64,000 nucleotides of DNA from an uncultured Gammaproteobacteria bacterium. Lineage in GTDB: Bacteria; Pseudomonadota; Gammaproteobacteria; JBGSLN01. The notes under the pieces are model-generated. The model was not told the origin of the DNA, did not search any database, and worked only from the letters and a program-made list of their open reading frames with translations. Position numbers and translations under genes: made by a program. Positions within the stretch are counted from its first letter, which is position 1. Each line of letters begins with the position of its first letter. The stretch lies in assembly GCA_963748135.1 (NCBI GenBank), contig CAVVHY010000033.1:9821-73820 (forward strand), written 5' to 3'. Below are positions 1 to 10,430 of this stretch, piece by piece.

Positions 1-2
1 CC

Positions 3-530
3 TTGGATGTCTTGGCGGGCATCTTGGATGGCGGTGATAGTTCTCGTTTGCCGCAAGAGTTAATTCGCAAACAACAGATTGCGAGTGATGTCGGTGCGGA
101 TTATGATTTTATTCAGCGTTTTTCAGGATTATTCCTTATTTATGCGACACCGAGTCATGGTTATACCTTGAAGCAAGTGCAGGAAGCGATTTTGGAACAA
201 ATTAAGCGGTTGCAATCGCAGCTTGTCACTAAAGAAGAGTTGCAGCGCATCAAGGCCCAAGTGGTAGCGCAAAATGTTTATGATAAAGATTCTTTATTTT
301 ATCAAGCTTATGAAATTGGCAGTTTAGAGAGTATTGGTCTAAGTTGGCGGGTGGCAGATGATTATGTCAAACGAGTAGAAAAAGTCACTCCGCAACAAAT
401 TCAAGAGGTCGCGCGACAGTTTTTGATTAATGATCGGTTGACCGTCGCCAAATTGATCCCCATTAAAGGTAAAGCTGGGAAGCTTATTCAATCCAATCCG
501 GTACCGGTAGGAGTAACAAATGTACATTAA
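3..530 (+). CDS. M16 (insulinase/PqqL-like) zinc peptidase, C-terminal part; 5' end lies outside the window
   Basis: ORF runs to the window edge. Its C-terminal domain resembles M16 peptidase non-catalytic halves. It is followed by a second M16-like ORF with a 4-bp overlap, the typical paired arrangement. Confidence 0.55.
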   Translation: MDVLAGILDGGDSSRLPQELIRKQQIASDVGADYDFIQRFSGLFLIYATPSHGYTLKQVQEAILEQIKRLQSQLVTKEELQRIKAQVVAQNVYDKDSLFYQAYEIGSLESIGLSWRVADDYVKRVEKVTPQQIQEVARQFLINDRLTVAKLIPIKGKAGKLIQSNPVPVGVTNVH

Positions 531-1896
531 ATCTATTGTGATTTGTCTTGGGCTTTGCTTAACAAGTGCAGTGGCAATGGCGAATCCAACCCCAGCGAGG
601 GTCATTAATATCCAACATTGGCAAACGGCGCAAGGTACACCGGTCTATTTTGTGCAAACCAAAGAATTGCCTATGCTGGATGTGTTGCTTGCCTTTGATG
701 CAGGCTCTAGCCGTGATGGGAAATTACCGGGTTTGGCGAATTTGACTGCGAGCCTGATAAATGAAGGTACGAAAAAATTAACCGCTGATCAAATTGCCGA
801 TCGTTTTGATAATATGGGGGCACAATTTAGCGTAAGCACGAATCAGGATATGACTTTACTAAGTCTGCGCTCTTTGACGAAACCAAAGTTACTAAATCCA
901 AGCCTGGATCTCTTCAGTAAATTATTGTACCAGGCAAATTTTCCAACGCGGGCATTTGAGCGAGTCAAAAAAAATACTTTGACAGGTATTTTAGCCGAGA
1001 ACCAGGAACCCGCTACCGTCGCTAATAATGCCTTGTTAAAGGCAATCTATCCCGGTTATCCTTATGGCCACGCAGTGTTAGGTACTGAAGATTCAGTGCA
1101 AGCGATAGACATTAAGGCGGTTAAAGATTTTTATCACCGTTATTACACTGCCAAAAATGCCGTGATCGCTATAGTTGGTACTATTAATCGTAAACAAGCG
1201 CAGGCGATAGCGGCTAAGTTAACCGCATCTCTGCCTGAAGGGCAAAAGGCCAAACCATTGACGTCACCTAAGCCAACTATCAAGAAACGCGTCAATATCA
1301 ATTATCCTTCGACCCAGACTTATATTCGTTTTGGGGCGATTGGGATTAGCCGTAAAGACCCTGATTATTTCTCCATGTTAGTGGGTAATTATATCCTGGG
1401 TGGCGGCATTGTTTCGCGTATCTTTGATGTCATTCGTGAACAACATGGACTTGCCTATGGTGCCTATAGCATTATGATTCCTTTGGCAAAGCAAGGGCCA
1501 TTCCTGATCGCCTTGCAAACCAAGACCCAGACCGCTAACAAGGCGATAAAACTCACCCAATCAGTGCTAACAAATTATCTAAAGACTGGTCCAACGGAGA
1601 AAGAATTGGTAGCCGCGAAAAAATATATTACCGGTAGTTTTCCATTAAAGATCGCCAGTAATTCAGATATCGCTAAATACGTAATCACTATTGGCTTTTA
1701 TGATTTACCGCTTAATTTTTTAGATACCTATCGCGCAAAGGTGGACGCTGTTACTGCCGCCCAGATCCGCGACGCCTTAAATCGGCATATTGAACCGGCA
1801 CGCATGGTGGTGGTCACGGTTGGTAAACAAGGCGATACGGAAAATGCCAAGCAAAGCCAAAACCAAATCGCTGCCAGTCATGAGCAAGCGCACTAA
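520..1896 (+). CDS. M16 family peptidase (insulinase-like), secreted
   Basis: 458 aa with an N-terminal signal peptide (MYIKSIVICLGLCLTSAVAMA). Length and architecture fit the M16 peptidase family. No clear HxxEH motif seen, so possibly the non-catalytic partner. Confidence 0.6.
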   Translation: MYIKSIVICLGLCLTSAVAMANPTPARVINIQHWQTAQGTPVYFVQTKELPMLDVLLAFDAGSSRDGKLPGLANLTASLINEGTKKLTADQIADRFDNMGAQFSVSTNQDMTLLSLRSLTKPKLLNPSLDLFSKLLYQANFPTRAFERVKKNTLTGILAENQEPATVANNALLKAIYPGYPYGHAVLGTEDSVQAIDIKAVKDFYHRYYTAKNAVIAIVGTINRKQAQAIAAKLTASLPEGQKAKPLTSPKPTIKKRVNINYPSTQTYIRFGAIGISRKDPDYFSMLVGNYILGGGIVSRIFDVIREQHGLAYGAYSIMIPLAKQGPFLIALQTKTQTANKAIKLTQSVLTNYLKTGPTEKELVAAKKYITGSFPLKIASNSDIAKYVITIGFYDLPLNFLDTYRAKVDAVTAAQIRDALNRHIEPARMVVVTVGKQGDTENAKQSQNQIAASHEQAH

Positions 1897-2440
1897 TCAG
1901 ATACGCATCATTGGTGGTCAACATCGGGGGCGCAAATTGCATTTTCCAGAACGTCCCGGTTTGCGGCCGACACCGGATCGGGTCCGTGAAACCTTATTTA
2001 ATTGGTTAATGCAAAAGGTCCGCGGTGCCAAGTGCCTCGATTTGTTTGCTGGAAGCGGTGCGTTAGGATTTGAAGCCTTATCGCGTGGTGCCAAACATGT
2101 CACCTTTGTCGATAGTGATAAACAAGTCATCACTTACCTGAAACAAGTCCTGCAACAATTCAAATTGACCAATGCCAATGTGATAACCGCTGATGCAAGT
2201 GTGAGTCTTGGTTTGTCGTTGGCGCCGTATGATATCGTTTTTTTAGACCCACCCTTTCATAAAGCGATGATTGCCGAAGTGTGTCATTGGTTAGCGATAG
2301 AAAAAATCGTGACCCAGGGTGGTTTAATCTATATCGAATGCGAATCGACGCTAAACCTTGATGATCTGAAGGTGGAATGGACACTGCTAAAACAAAAGCA
2401 GGCAGGGCAAGTGTTGTATAGTTTGTGGCAAAAGAGGTAA
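1880..2440 (+). CDS. rsmD: 16S rRNA (guanine966-N2)-methyltransferase RsmD
   Basis: Motifs IRIIGGQHRGRKL...RPTPDRVRETLFNWL...DLFAGSGALGFEALSRGA...DPPF are typical of RsmD. The true start is probably the ATG at 1880 (MSKRTNQIRIIGG) rather than the upstream ORF start at 1790. Confidence 0.8.
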   Translation: MSKRTNQIRIIGGQHRGRKLHFPERPGLRPTPDRVRETLFNWLMQKVRGAKCLDLFAGSGALGFEALSRGAKHVTFVDSDKQVITYLKQVLQQFKLTNANVITADASVSLGLSLAPYDIVFLDPPFHKAMIAEVCHWLAIEKIVTQGGLIYIECESTLNLDDLKVEWTLLKQKQAGQVLYSLWQKR

Positions 2441-2697
2441 GCTTGTTGATACTTAAGTTGTAAAAAACTGACAGAACTTACCTTACTTAGTCATTGTCTG
2501 CTATACGTTTACCTGACAAAACCGAGGGCAGGGTTCGGATATGACAGGTAAAATCATTATAGGATAATAGCTGACGTTTTCATTTTGGCTTGGTAGGTCT
2601 AATCAGATGATATGGATAATAACAATGTTCCTTGACAACAGTAGCCCTTCTTGCTTCAATTCCCTAATACCTTAACCATCGAAAGCCATGGATATCA

Positions 2698-3186
2698 ATG
2701 TTTGGTACGCTACCAATGAAAACAATAAAACAAATTATCATAGCCTTAACAGCTATCATGCTTGCTGGTTGTGTCAGTGAAAATTTACCACCGCCTCCCC
2801 CTAAGTCAGATCCCGCTATGACCAAAATAGCCGAATCAGCTGCCGCCGTTAGCGATTCGTTAACCACACTAGAGGGCATTCGCAAGTCAGAGCGGCCTGC
2901 TTACAAAAAGAAATTACCAGACCCAAATGACTTTGGGATGACCTTCATGGGTTCAGTTGATTACACAGGACCAATTGGCCCAATTGTCTACAAACTAGCG
3001 ACTAATAGCCGTTATAAACTGCATGTCATGGGTAACCCACCAGCCATCCCAATCATTGTCCAACTGTATAAAAAGAATGTACCGTTGGCCATGATTTTGC
3101 GTGATGCGGATTATCAAGCGGGTGACAAGGCAGATATCGTGGTAAATAATAAGACCAGGACGATTGAGCTGCGCTATAAGGTGTAG
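2698..3186 (+). CDS. dotD: Dot/Icm T4BSS outer-membrane lipoprotein DotD
   Basis: 162 aa with a lipoprotein signal (LTAIMLAGC). Size matches DotD (about 160 aa). It lies in the dotD-dotC-dotB region upstream of dotC and dotB. Start may be the internal Met at 2716. Confidence 0.6.
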   Translation: MFGTLPMKTIKQIIIALTAIMLAGCVSENLPPPPPKSDPAMTKIAESAAAVSDSLTTLEGIRKSERPAYKKKLPDPNDFGMTFMGSVDYTGPIGPIVYKLATNSRYKLHVMGNPPAIPIIVQLYKKNVPLAMILRDADYQAGDKADIVVNNKTRTIELRYKV

Positions 3187-3249
3187 CTAGCAAATCATCT
3201 ATAAAAATAATAAAAAATTACTATTAATGATATAGACAGGCTTTTTTTA

Positions 3250-3456
3250 GAAACCCCCTCACCCTCCCCTCTCCCCCAAGGGGGAGAGGGATCAAGAAGG
3301 GGAACCCCATAGGTTACTAATTGTTGCAAGGCCGATAATATTTGTATGGCCGATAGTATTCGTAAAGCCCATAATAATTATAATCTGCTCACCCCGAAGG
3401 GGTGAGCCCCACATTCCCCTCTCCCCCTTGGGGGAGAGGGGAGGGTGAGGGGGTTC
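3250..3456. repeat. GC-rich nested palindromic element, copy A (two self-complementary arms around a 110-bp spacer with an inner hairpin gctcaccccgaaggggtgagc)
   Basis: Left arm: gaaaccccctcaccctcccctctcccccaagggggagaggg. Right arm: ccctctcccccttgggggagaggggagggtgagggggtt. The arms are reverse complements, and each arm folds on itself. The same unit recurs at 7188, 28346, 40541 and 46751. Confidence 0.85.
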
Positions 3457-3888
3457 TAATTAAACTAATTATCGTTGTCATAGTTCTTTATGCGCTGGCT
3501 GTTGACCATTTGCAAGTGGGATATATGTCCATAACCAAAATGATAATATCTGTTCACAAAGGTTTCTTGAAAATTTGCACTTATATTGTATAATTGCTAG
3601 TAAAAACCTACCAGTTCAATTTGCTAAAGGAACTAGCTAAATCATAAGGTCGCGCGAACAATTATCAAAGGCTAGTTTAGAAATGTTATCAAAAATCCTT
3701 AAGTTTACAGCAAGATCCAGTCGGCTAAATTATCTTATAAGATTATGTATTTTTGAGCGTGAATACATAAATGCGCTCTCGCAGTATACGTTAATTAATA
3801 TTAGTAGAAAGTTACACAGACTCCACTTTACAGCAGGATAGAATGTTTTATTTCATAATTTTAATTTACTAAACTTATTGGTAAGAAT

Positions 3889-5346
3889 ATGAAGATTGGC
3901 ATAATTGGCGCTGGATGGTATGGGGTTCATTTGGCAATTGCTTTGAGTAAGCAAGGACATGAAGTTGTTTTGATTGATAAAAATCATGATATGTTCTTTG
4001 GTATTTCTGGATCTTTTGGAATAAGGACTCATGTTGGGCCTCATTATCCGCGTTCTTCGAAAACACGAAAAAGTTGCCAGAAATGGTTTAAAGTTTTTTG
4101 TGAAAGATATAAAGACATTATTGTCGATCATAGTTACTCGATATATGCAATTGGTAAGATTGATGCCGATGGACTACCGCCAAAAGTAAGTGTAGGAACT
4201 TTTAAAAAAGTTTGTGCTGAGGCTCAGATAGTTGCTGAAACTGAAAATCCTGATGAGTTGGGTTACAGAAACTTATGGTATCTGGCTGATGTTAATGAGC
4301 CTAGTTTATCTTTAGGAGGTCGGCTTCGTAATAGATTTAGGTCTTATTTAGCAGAAGTAAACATTATGACACGATATAATACAACAGTGACTGATGTTGT
4401 AGTTAAAAATGGAAAAGCTTTGATCTTTTCCAATGATGTAAGTCTGGGGAAGTTTGACTACGTAATAAATGCGACAAGTTACCAAAGTGTATGCCCGTCG
4501 ATTCCTCAAGTTAAGCTTCCGTTTAATACGAAATATCAATGTTGTTTGGCATTCGTCTATAAAGATGAGTATCCTAAATCAACCAAACCATTCTCATTCA
4601 TTGTTCTGGAGGGCGCGTATCCATGTGTTATGCCTTGTGTCGATGGAGAAGGGGCTATAAATAAAAAATATATTTTAACTCATGGCCGGTGGACAATCCT
4701 CGGTTCATTTGATAAGCCAGATGATGCTTATGGTCTACTAAATTCTTTAACTGAAGAAGAATTAACTATTATTCGAAAAAAATGTGAGTTATCAATAAAT
4801 CTTTTTTGGCCAGCATTTGAAAATCGATTTAAATATGTTGGTAGGGAAGTAGCTGTATTAGCAAAATTAGTCACAGATGTCGAATTTAGAAGTGCTGTAA
4901 CCTATCTTACAAATAAAAGAATGATACATGTAGTCCCCGGTAAAATAACAAATGTATTCGATGTAGAAGAAGAGGTAAAAGGATTAATTAATAGTCATGA
5001 TGTAGATAATATAATCTCTAAAGAAGGTGTTACTTATCTTAAAGGTGGTGTTTTGTATTCCGCCATGGAAAAAATCACAACAAGGCCTAGAATACCATCG
5101 AGGAACACTTGTTCAATACAGACTTATAAAACTTTAAGAAATCTGACAGACAATGGCGATGCAAAATCCAAGGATGATTTCTCAATTAGTTATTTTCCAA
5201 AGCGTGACAGAGGATCTTATTGTGACAACAGAAATAGCTTATTCTCAGGATTCTATAGAAAACACAGGAATTCTGTTTCTGGAGACTTAACAAGCAATAA
5301 GTCTGTTGAAGGGCGTGTTATTTATAATTTAGGCAAAAGTATTTAA
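3889..5346 (+). CDS. hypothetical protein with N-terminal NAD(P)/FAD-binding Rossmann motif
   Basis: 485 aa beginning MKIGIIGAGWYGVHLA (GxGxxG dinucleotide-binding motif). No family recognised beyond this. Lies in an AT-rich insertion between dotD and dotC. Confidence 0.5.
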   Translation: MKIGIIGAGWYGVHLAIALSKQGHEVVLIDKNHDMFFGISGSFGIRTHVGPHYPRSSKTRKSCQKWFKVFCERYKDIIVDHSYSIYAIGKIDADGLPPKVSVGTFKKVCAEAQIVAETENPDELGYRNLWYLADVNEPSLSLGGRLRNRFRSYLAEVNIMTRYNTTVTDVVVKNGKALIFSNDVSLGKFDYVINATSYQSVCPSIPQVKLPFNTKYQCCLAFVYKDEYPKSTKPFSFIVLEGAYPCVMPCVDGEGAINKKYILTHGRWTILGSFDKPDDAYGLLNSLTEEELTIIRKKCELSINLFWPAFENRFKYVGREVAVLAKLVTDVEFRSAVTYLTNKRMIHVVPGKITNVFDVEEEVKGLINSHDVDNIISKEGVTYLKGGVLYSAMEKITTRPRIPSRNTCSIQTYKTLRNLTDNGDAKSKDDFSISYFPKRDRGSYCDNRNSLFSGFYRKHRNSVSGDLTSNKSVEGRVIYNLGKSI

Positions 5347-5354
5347 GATTTCCA

Positions 5355-6269
5355 ATGATGAAAGAAGAAAAGAGATACTGGTTAGAGCGTGATTTTGTTT
5401 TAGAGTTGTTAAAACAGGTGCCAGCTCATATATTTTGGAAAGATAAAAAAGGCGTTTATTTGGGCTGTAATGATACTTTTGCTAACGCGCTAGGTTTTTC
5501 ATCTCCAGGTGAAGTCGTAGGAAAAACAGATTTTGATTTGCCTACGACAAGGGAAGAAAGTGAAGCTTTTCGGAAAGATGATAAGGAAGTTATTACTTCT
5601 AAAAAGCCTAAATTAAATATTGAAGAGGAGCAAACTTTGCCAAATGGCAACAAGGTATCTTTGTTAACAAATAAAGTCCCTTTATTAGATAGAAATAAGA
5701 ATGTAGTTGGGATCTTAGGCATATATCATGATATAACCTGGCAAAAAGAATTGTTCAAAAGAGAAAAGCAAGCCATTGCAGATAAAGTAAAAGCTGAGCA
5801 AGCACAAGCAGATGCAGAGTTGCAAGCAGAACGCATGCAAGCTCTGGCCGCCACAATTGCACACGAATTACGAACACCTCTCGGTTCAATCGATAATATG
5901 GCCACATGGCTTGAATTAATCGCAAGTAAATTAAAAGATGGAGAACTTAAACAAAAGCTTACACACGCGTATGAACTCATATCTGGTGAGACGGCTAAAA
6001 CCAATGCATTTATTACCATCATTCTGGAAAGCTTATCTGAACTTAAAGATAAATCGTTTGAAAGATTATCAATGAAAGATTGTATTAATGAAGCCGTTGA
6101 TCGCTTTCCTTATGAAGCTGATGAAAAGAAATTTGTGCACACTGATAACGTAAATGATTTCGACTTTATGGGTAATCGTGAAATGGTAATACATGTGCTA
6201 TTTAATCTTATAAAGAATGCACTATACTTTGGAACAATATTGGCTGAAAAGTTGGGCACAAGATGCTGA
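5355..6269 (+). CDS. PAS-domain sensor protein with histidine-kinase dimerisation/phosphoacceptor motif (truncated HATPase?)
   Basis: PAS-like segment (FWKDKKGVYLGCNDTFANALGF...GKTDFDL). H-box ATIAHELRTPLGSI. N-box-like NLIKNALYF at the C-terminus. ORF ends before the G1/G2 ATP-binding boxes. Confidence 0.55.
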   Translation: MMKEEKRYWLERDFVLELLKQVPAHIFWKDKKGVYLGCNDTFANALGFSSPGEVVGKTDFDLPTTREESEAFRKDDKEVITSKKPKLNIEEEQTLPNGNKVSLLTNKVPLLDRNKNVVGILGIYHDITWQKELFKREKQAIADKVKAEQAQADAELQAERMQALAATIAHELRTPLGSIDNMATWLELIASKLKDGELKQKLTHAYELISGETAKTNAFITIILESLSELKDKSFERLSMKDCINEAVDRFPYEADEKKFVHTDNVNDFDFMGNREMVIHVLFNLIKNALYFGTILAEKLGTRC

Positions 6270-7086
6270 GGTAGATGATGCTGTTATGGGGACTTTGACT
6301 TCACCAAAGCTTATGTTACCTATCAAACATCTTATTGATCAAACTGACAATGATGCTCGCTTTCTTGAAGTATCGTGTGCTTGCTTCGATCAGAAAATGC
6401 CGGGGAAAACAGGCTTAGAAGCGCTGAAGAATTTAGAAGATACACACTTTAAGACAGCGATGCTAACAGGTCAAATGCCACCTGATGATGCCATTGAAAA
6501 GCTTAACGAAAAAATATTCGATGTCTATGTCAGTAAGCATCAGCCGCAGGCGATTAAACGAATTGCAGAGCTTATTGAAAGGGCACGGCAAGTTTATTTT
6601 AAAAGTGGTTGTGATTACATCATTTCTAAAAATGAAAGATTACGTAAGATCCTCCCTAACGAAAAGTTCAATGATTTCTTTAATAAGTTTGTTAAAGACA
6701 ATGGCTATTGTGAAAGTTATATGATCGATGACTTTTGTAGCTTTGTGTTATTCGATAAGCATATGTTGGCGGCTATCTTGGCAGTGCTGCATGATGAAGA
6801 GTTTGATGCCTATTATCAAACTGCGTCCATGGCAGACCAAAAGCCTGATGAAGATATCTTAAAACTTATTAAAGATCGCAAGGCATTTCCATTTTTCTAT
6901 GGCCATGATATCGCTAATATTGAACCCAAAGATTGGGGTAGTTATTTAGTGCCCGCAACCAAGCTTGAGGGCTCCGATATTTTTTATTCTGTCATTGATG
7001 ATGTAAAAAAATATGGGATTGATACGGAAGGGCTGACAAGCTATGCAGATTTCTTGGCAAAGCAAGATCCATTTGAATATGTTTAA
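6217..7086 (+). CDS. hypothetical protein; overlaps the 3' end of the sensor-kinase ORF in another frame (possibly a frameshifted continuation or a separate gene)
   Basis: 289-aa ORF overlaps 5355..6269 by 53 bp. No recognisable HATPase G-boxes or receiver motif. Family unknown. Confidence 0.35.
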   Translation: MHYTLEQYWLKSWAQDAEVDDAVMGTLTSPKLMLPIKHLIDQTDNDARFLEVSCACFDQKMPGKTGLEALKNLEDTHFKTAMLTGQMPPDDAIEKLNEKIFDVYVSKHQPQAIKRIAELIERARQVYFKSGCDYIISKNERLRKILPNEKFNDFFNKFVKDNGYCESYMIDDFCSFVLFDKHMLAAILAVLHDEEFDAYYQTASMADQKPDEDILKLIKDRKAFPFFYGHDIANIEPKDWGSYLVPATKLEGSDIFYSVIDDVKKYGIDTEGLTSYADFLAKQDPFEYV

Positions 7087-7187
7087 GTCCTATTCGAATC
7101 TGTTTGAGTTCTATCAATGCTATGTGTCTATATATTTTGAAATCAAAATCAAAAGTAGTGTTAATAATATGGGCAGGTTTGTTTTTA

Positions 7188-7292
7188 GAAACCCCCTCAC
7201 CCTCCCCTCTCCCCCAAGGGGGAGAGGGATTAGAAGGGAAACCCCACATTTCCCTCTCCCCCTTGGGGGAGAGGGGAGGGTGAGGGGGTTTC
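7188..7292. repeat. GC-rich nested palindromic element, copy B (compact form, 8-bp spacer)
   Basis: gaaaccccctcaccctcccctctcccccaagggggagagggattagaagggaaaccccacatttccctctcccccttgggggagaggggagggtgagggggtttc. Overall palindrome with self-folding arms. Confidence 0.85.
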
Positions 7293-7338
7293 TAAATCAA
7301 CTTTTGTCTCTAGTTTGTATTGTCTTACCTATAATCCC

Positions 7339-7488
<150 letters not shown>

Positions 7489-7556
7489 TTCCCCTAACTG
7501 CTTATTGACTTTAGGGCTGCAAATTGCTTCAATGATTTGCAATTGCACTCAGGTTT

Positions 7557-8519
7557 GTGGCTATGGCTATATATCGTATAACGACTAAAATTCTTCCAAT
7601 CGCATTTCTCGCTTGCGCCATCGGCCTTTCGGGATGCACACCTTTTAGCACAACACCAGAAGGTGGGACGGCGACACTGAGTGATCTACAAAGATTAGGT
7701 ACAACAACAGCCAGAAAGATACGCTTAAAACGAATATCGGACATGCGTTATGCTGCCATCAAGGATACTGCATTAAGTATCGGTGCCCGATCGGGTTTGG
7801 CTTGGCGGGCACGACAAATTGATAAAGAGCTTAGTGCTGATGCCCAGAATTTGCGCTCAACCTATAATTTTTATGGCATGCTGATGGACAATGATGTGTT
7901 GCCACCCGTGTTGGCGGAGGCGCAGCATACCTTGAATCTGGCGAGTCCGGAATCGATTCGCTTGTCATCTAAGATTTACAAAATTGTGGCCCAAGCGAGA
8001 TTCGTAACTGCACCACCAACTTGGCGCGATTATTTATGGATGGATTATCCGCCTCCGGATTCCCCCAATGCCTCATTACTACCGCGCAATTCACGGGAAG
8101 AGGACGTGTGGAAATTTTATGTGGCTATCGGTTGGAAAAATGGTATTGAACAAGCAAATCATATCTTTGCGGAAAATCTCAATCGTTTGAATCGGGATTA
8201 CAAAGGTATGGCCTTGTATCGTAAGCTTTATGCACAAAATATGGTGAGTGCACCATTTGTTGCCCAAACAAATCTGGGAATTACAGGTGATAGTCAACAT
8301 ATGCGTATTGATGATCGAGTCTTACGTATTACTGCATTGCCGCAATTGAATCTACGGGGCAATACTTGGAAACCTGTGATTGTACCAACGAACCCGACGA
8401 CAAAATTAACCATGCATATCCATGGTGAACATGCTAAGAATGTACAAGTACGACAACACTTAATGAAGACCCCGGTATCGCCACGTGAACCAAAAGGACA
8501 GGTACATATTTCAAAATGA
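7557..8519 (+). CDS. dotC: Dot/Icm T4BSS outer-membrane lipoprotein DotC
   Basis: 320 aa with a lipobox (LACAIGLSGC). Size matches DotC. Stop overlaps the dotB start (ATGA). Sits at the dotD-dotC-dotB position. Confidence 0.7.
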   Translation: MAMAIYRITTKILPIAFLACAIGLSGCTPFSTTPEGGTATLSDLQRLGTTTARKIRLKRISDMRYAAIKDTALSIGARSGLAWRARQIDKELSADAQNLRSTYNFYGMLMDNDVLPPVLAEAQHTLNLASPESIRLSSKIYKIVAQARFVTAPPTWRDYLWMDYPPPDSPNASLLPRNSREEDVWKFYVAIGWKNGIEQANHIFAENLNRLNRDYKGMALYRKLYAQNMVSAPFVAQTNLGITGDSQHMRIDDRVLRITALPQLNLRGNTWKPVIVPTNPTTKLTMHIHGEHAKNVQVRQHLMKTPVSPREPKGQVHISK

Positions 8520-9664
8520 AAAAAAATGACGACATAATGCTGCCAAATGAGCCAACGCGCTTTACGCCAGCACATTTAGATCGCTTATTGGCACACTGCG
8601 AAACACTGGATGCATCAGACATCACCATCCAAACTGGTGAATCGGTCTTTGCGGAGTCGTACGGGCGTTTGCATAGAGTAACGAATCGCAAGTTATCTAA
8701 TACCGAAGTGGGTGATATGCTCAATGCGATCTATGGCCCTAATGGTACGACACAAATCTTAAGCGGTCAGGATGTTGATACCCATTATGAATTCAGACCG
8801 AGCCGGTCTGCACGTTTTCGTTATCGTGTTAATGGCACAGGCTGTCAAGTTGAGGGTCATGATGCCATTCAAATTACCCTGCGTTCGATCCCCAGTACAC
8901 CACCACATCTTGAAGAATTAAATTTGGAACCAGAGATTATGGAGGCCATTGCGCCGGATACTGGCTGTGTATATGTAACCGGGGCGACGGGTTCTGGTAA
9001 GAGTACATTGCTTGCTGCGATTATTCGTGATTTATCAGAAAAGTCCGATGGTAATCGCAAGATTTTAACCTATGAATCTCCGATTGAATTTATCTATGAC
9101 AATATTGATATGCCGACATCAATTGTCAGTCAAACAGAGATCCCACGACATATCCCAAGCTTTGCCGCCGGTGTGCGCAATGCTTTACGCCGTAAACCAA
9201 TGGCTATCCTAGTCGGTGAGGCGAGGGATCAAGATACCATTGCGGCAGTACTTGAAGCTGCATTAACAGGTCATCCATGTTATACCACCTTACATACCAA
9301 TGGTGTTGCGGAAACAATTCGCCGCTTGGTTACCTCGTTTCCTGCGGGGGAACGCCATGGCCGAACCATTGATATCCTGGAGACGATGCGACTGGTTATA
9401 TGGCAAAAACTGGTGCGCTCAGTCGATGGTAAGCGGGTTGCCTTGCGCGAATATTTAGTCTTTAGCGAAGAGGTGAGGGATATATTGCTGGAAGCCCCGG
9501 TTGATAATATTACCGCTGCAACGCGACGCTTGGTGAGAGAGCGAGGCCAAACCATGGGTGAAGATGCCCAGAAGAAATTTGATGCTGGCATAATTTCAGA
9601 GCGCGAATATAAATTATTAATGTCTTTATCCAAGCGCGCCGATCGTGATGCCGAAGTGCCTTAA
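8516..9664 (+). CDS. dotB: Dot/Icm T4BSS ATPase DotB (PilT/VirB11-like secretion NTPase)
   Basis: 382 aa. Walker A GATGSGKST, Asp box ILVGEARD, His box CYTTLHTNG. Translationally coupled to dotC. Confidence 0.85.
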   Translation: MKKNDDIMLPNEPTRFTPAHLDRLLAHCETLDASDITIQTGESVFAESYGRLHRVTNRKLSNTEVGDMLNAIYGPNGTTQILSGQDVDTHYEFRPSRSARFRYRVNGTGCQVEGHDAIQITLRSIPSTPPHLEELNLEPEIMEAIAPDTGCVYVTGATGSGKSTLLAAIIRDLSEKSDGNRKILTYESPIEFIYDNIDMPTSIVSQTEIPRHIPSFAAGVRNALRRKPMAILVGEARDQDTIAAVLEAALTGHPCYTTLHTNGVAETIRRLVTSFPAGERHGRTIDILETMRLVIWQKLVRSVDGKRVALREYLVFSEEVRDILLEAPVDNITAATRRLVRERGQTMGEDAQKKFDAGIISEREYKLLMSLSKRADRDAEVP

Positions 9665-9685
9665 ACGACAATATTTAAAAAACAA

Positions 9686-10366
9686 ATGAAAAAGATCGAG
9701 CGTTTTACCCGTTTATTACTAAGAGTCTATATTCCGATAATCTTTTTTACTGCCTTATTTGCCGCAATATTCATGCGCTATGCCTTATATGCTACGAGCA
9801 TTAGCTATATTTTTATTGTCTTTAGCATGCTTCTGTTAATAGGGCCCTGGGGTAAAAAACGTCTTGGACAAGCAACCAATCTTAAAGCGGCAATCAATAT
9901 TATTAAAATATTCCTGTTACAGCTGTCTATGGTTATAATTTTTCTTGCGATCGTTTTTAGTTTTACCCATATTATCCCCATACCTGATGATCAGGGGATT
10001 AATTCACAACAAGCATTACAGCATTTGATAAATAATATGGTTTGGCGTTGGGGTTTATTGCCCTTTAGTCTCAGTGGGATGCTTGCTGTGGCGATGGCGC
10101 ATTTTAAATATAACCGCCAAGTTAATCCTAGTTTGGTTAACCTTGTTAATGCTTTGCCCTTTATGCGCAAAAGGTCAGTTATGGGAATGGGGACGATGCT
10201 TTTTGGTCGCCAAGGGATAATATTTTTTACAGGTATTAATTTAGGGCTTATTAGCTTAGTGGTTTATCAATGGATTTATCGATCCTTTGGTTTGCAATTC
10301 ATTCAAGGGGCGGCGCTAAGTACATTACTGCTTTTTTCAGTGATTTTCTTTCTTACTATGATCTGA
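9686..10366 (+). CDS. hypothetical polytopic inner-membrane protein
   Basis: 226 aa with about 6 predicted hydrophobic helices. No recognised family. Confidence 0.4.
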   Translation: MKKIERFTRLLLRVYIPIIFFTALFAAIFMRYALYATSISYIFIVFSMLLLIGPWGKKRLGQATNLKAAINIIKIFLLQLSMVIIFLAIVFSFTHIIPIPDDQGINSQQALQHLINNMVWRWGLLPFSLSGMLAVAMAHFKYNRQVNPSLVNLVNALPFMRKRSVMGMGTMLFGRQGIIFFTGINLGLISLVVYQWIYRSFGLQFIQGAALSTLLLFSVIFFLTMI

Positions 10367-10430
10367 TTCTTATGAAAGCTATATCGGTTATTTTTGGCGA
10401 AATAAACTTGGACTTGCCAAACATTCACTA

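Noticed and set aside
2441-2697. Possible tRNA or small RNA in the rsmD-dotD spacer (and other intergenic regions)
   Set aside because: No cloverleaf-compatible segments or GTTC/TTCGA T-arm motifs seen. Cannot support any RNA gene by eye.
3402-3593. 63-aa ORF (and 6992..7249, 28248..28451) containing SPPWGRGEGEGV
   Set aside because: The same peptide arises wherever the GC-rich palindrome occurs. These are translations of a non-coding repeat.
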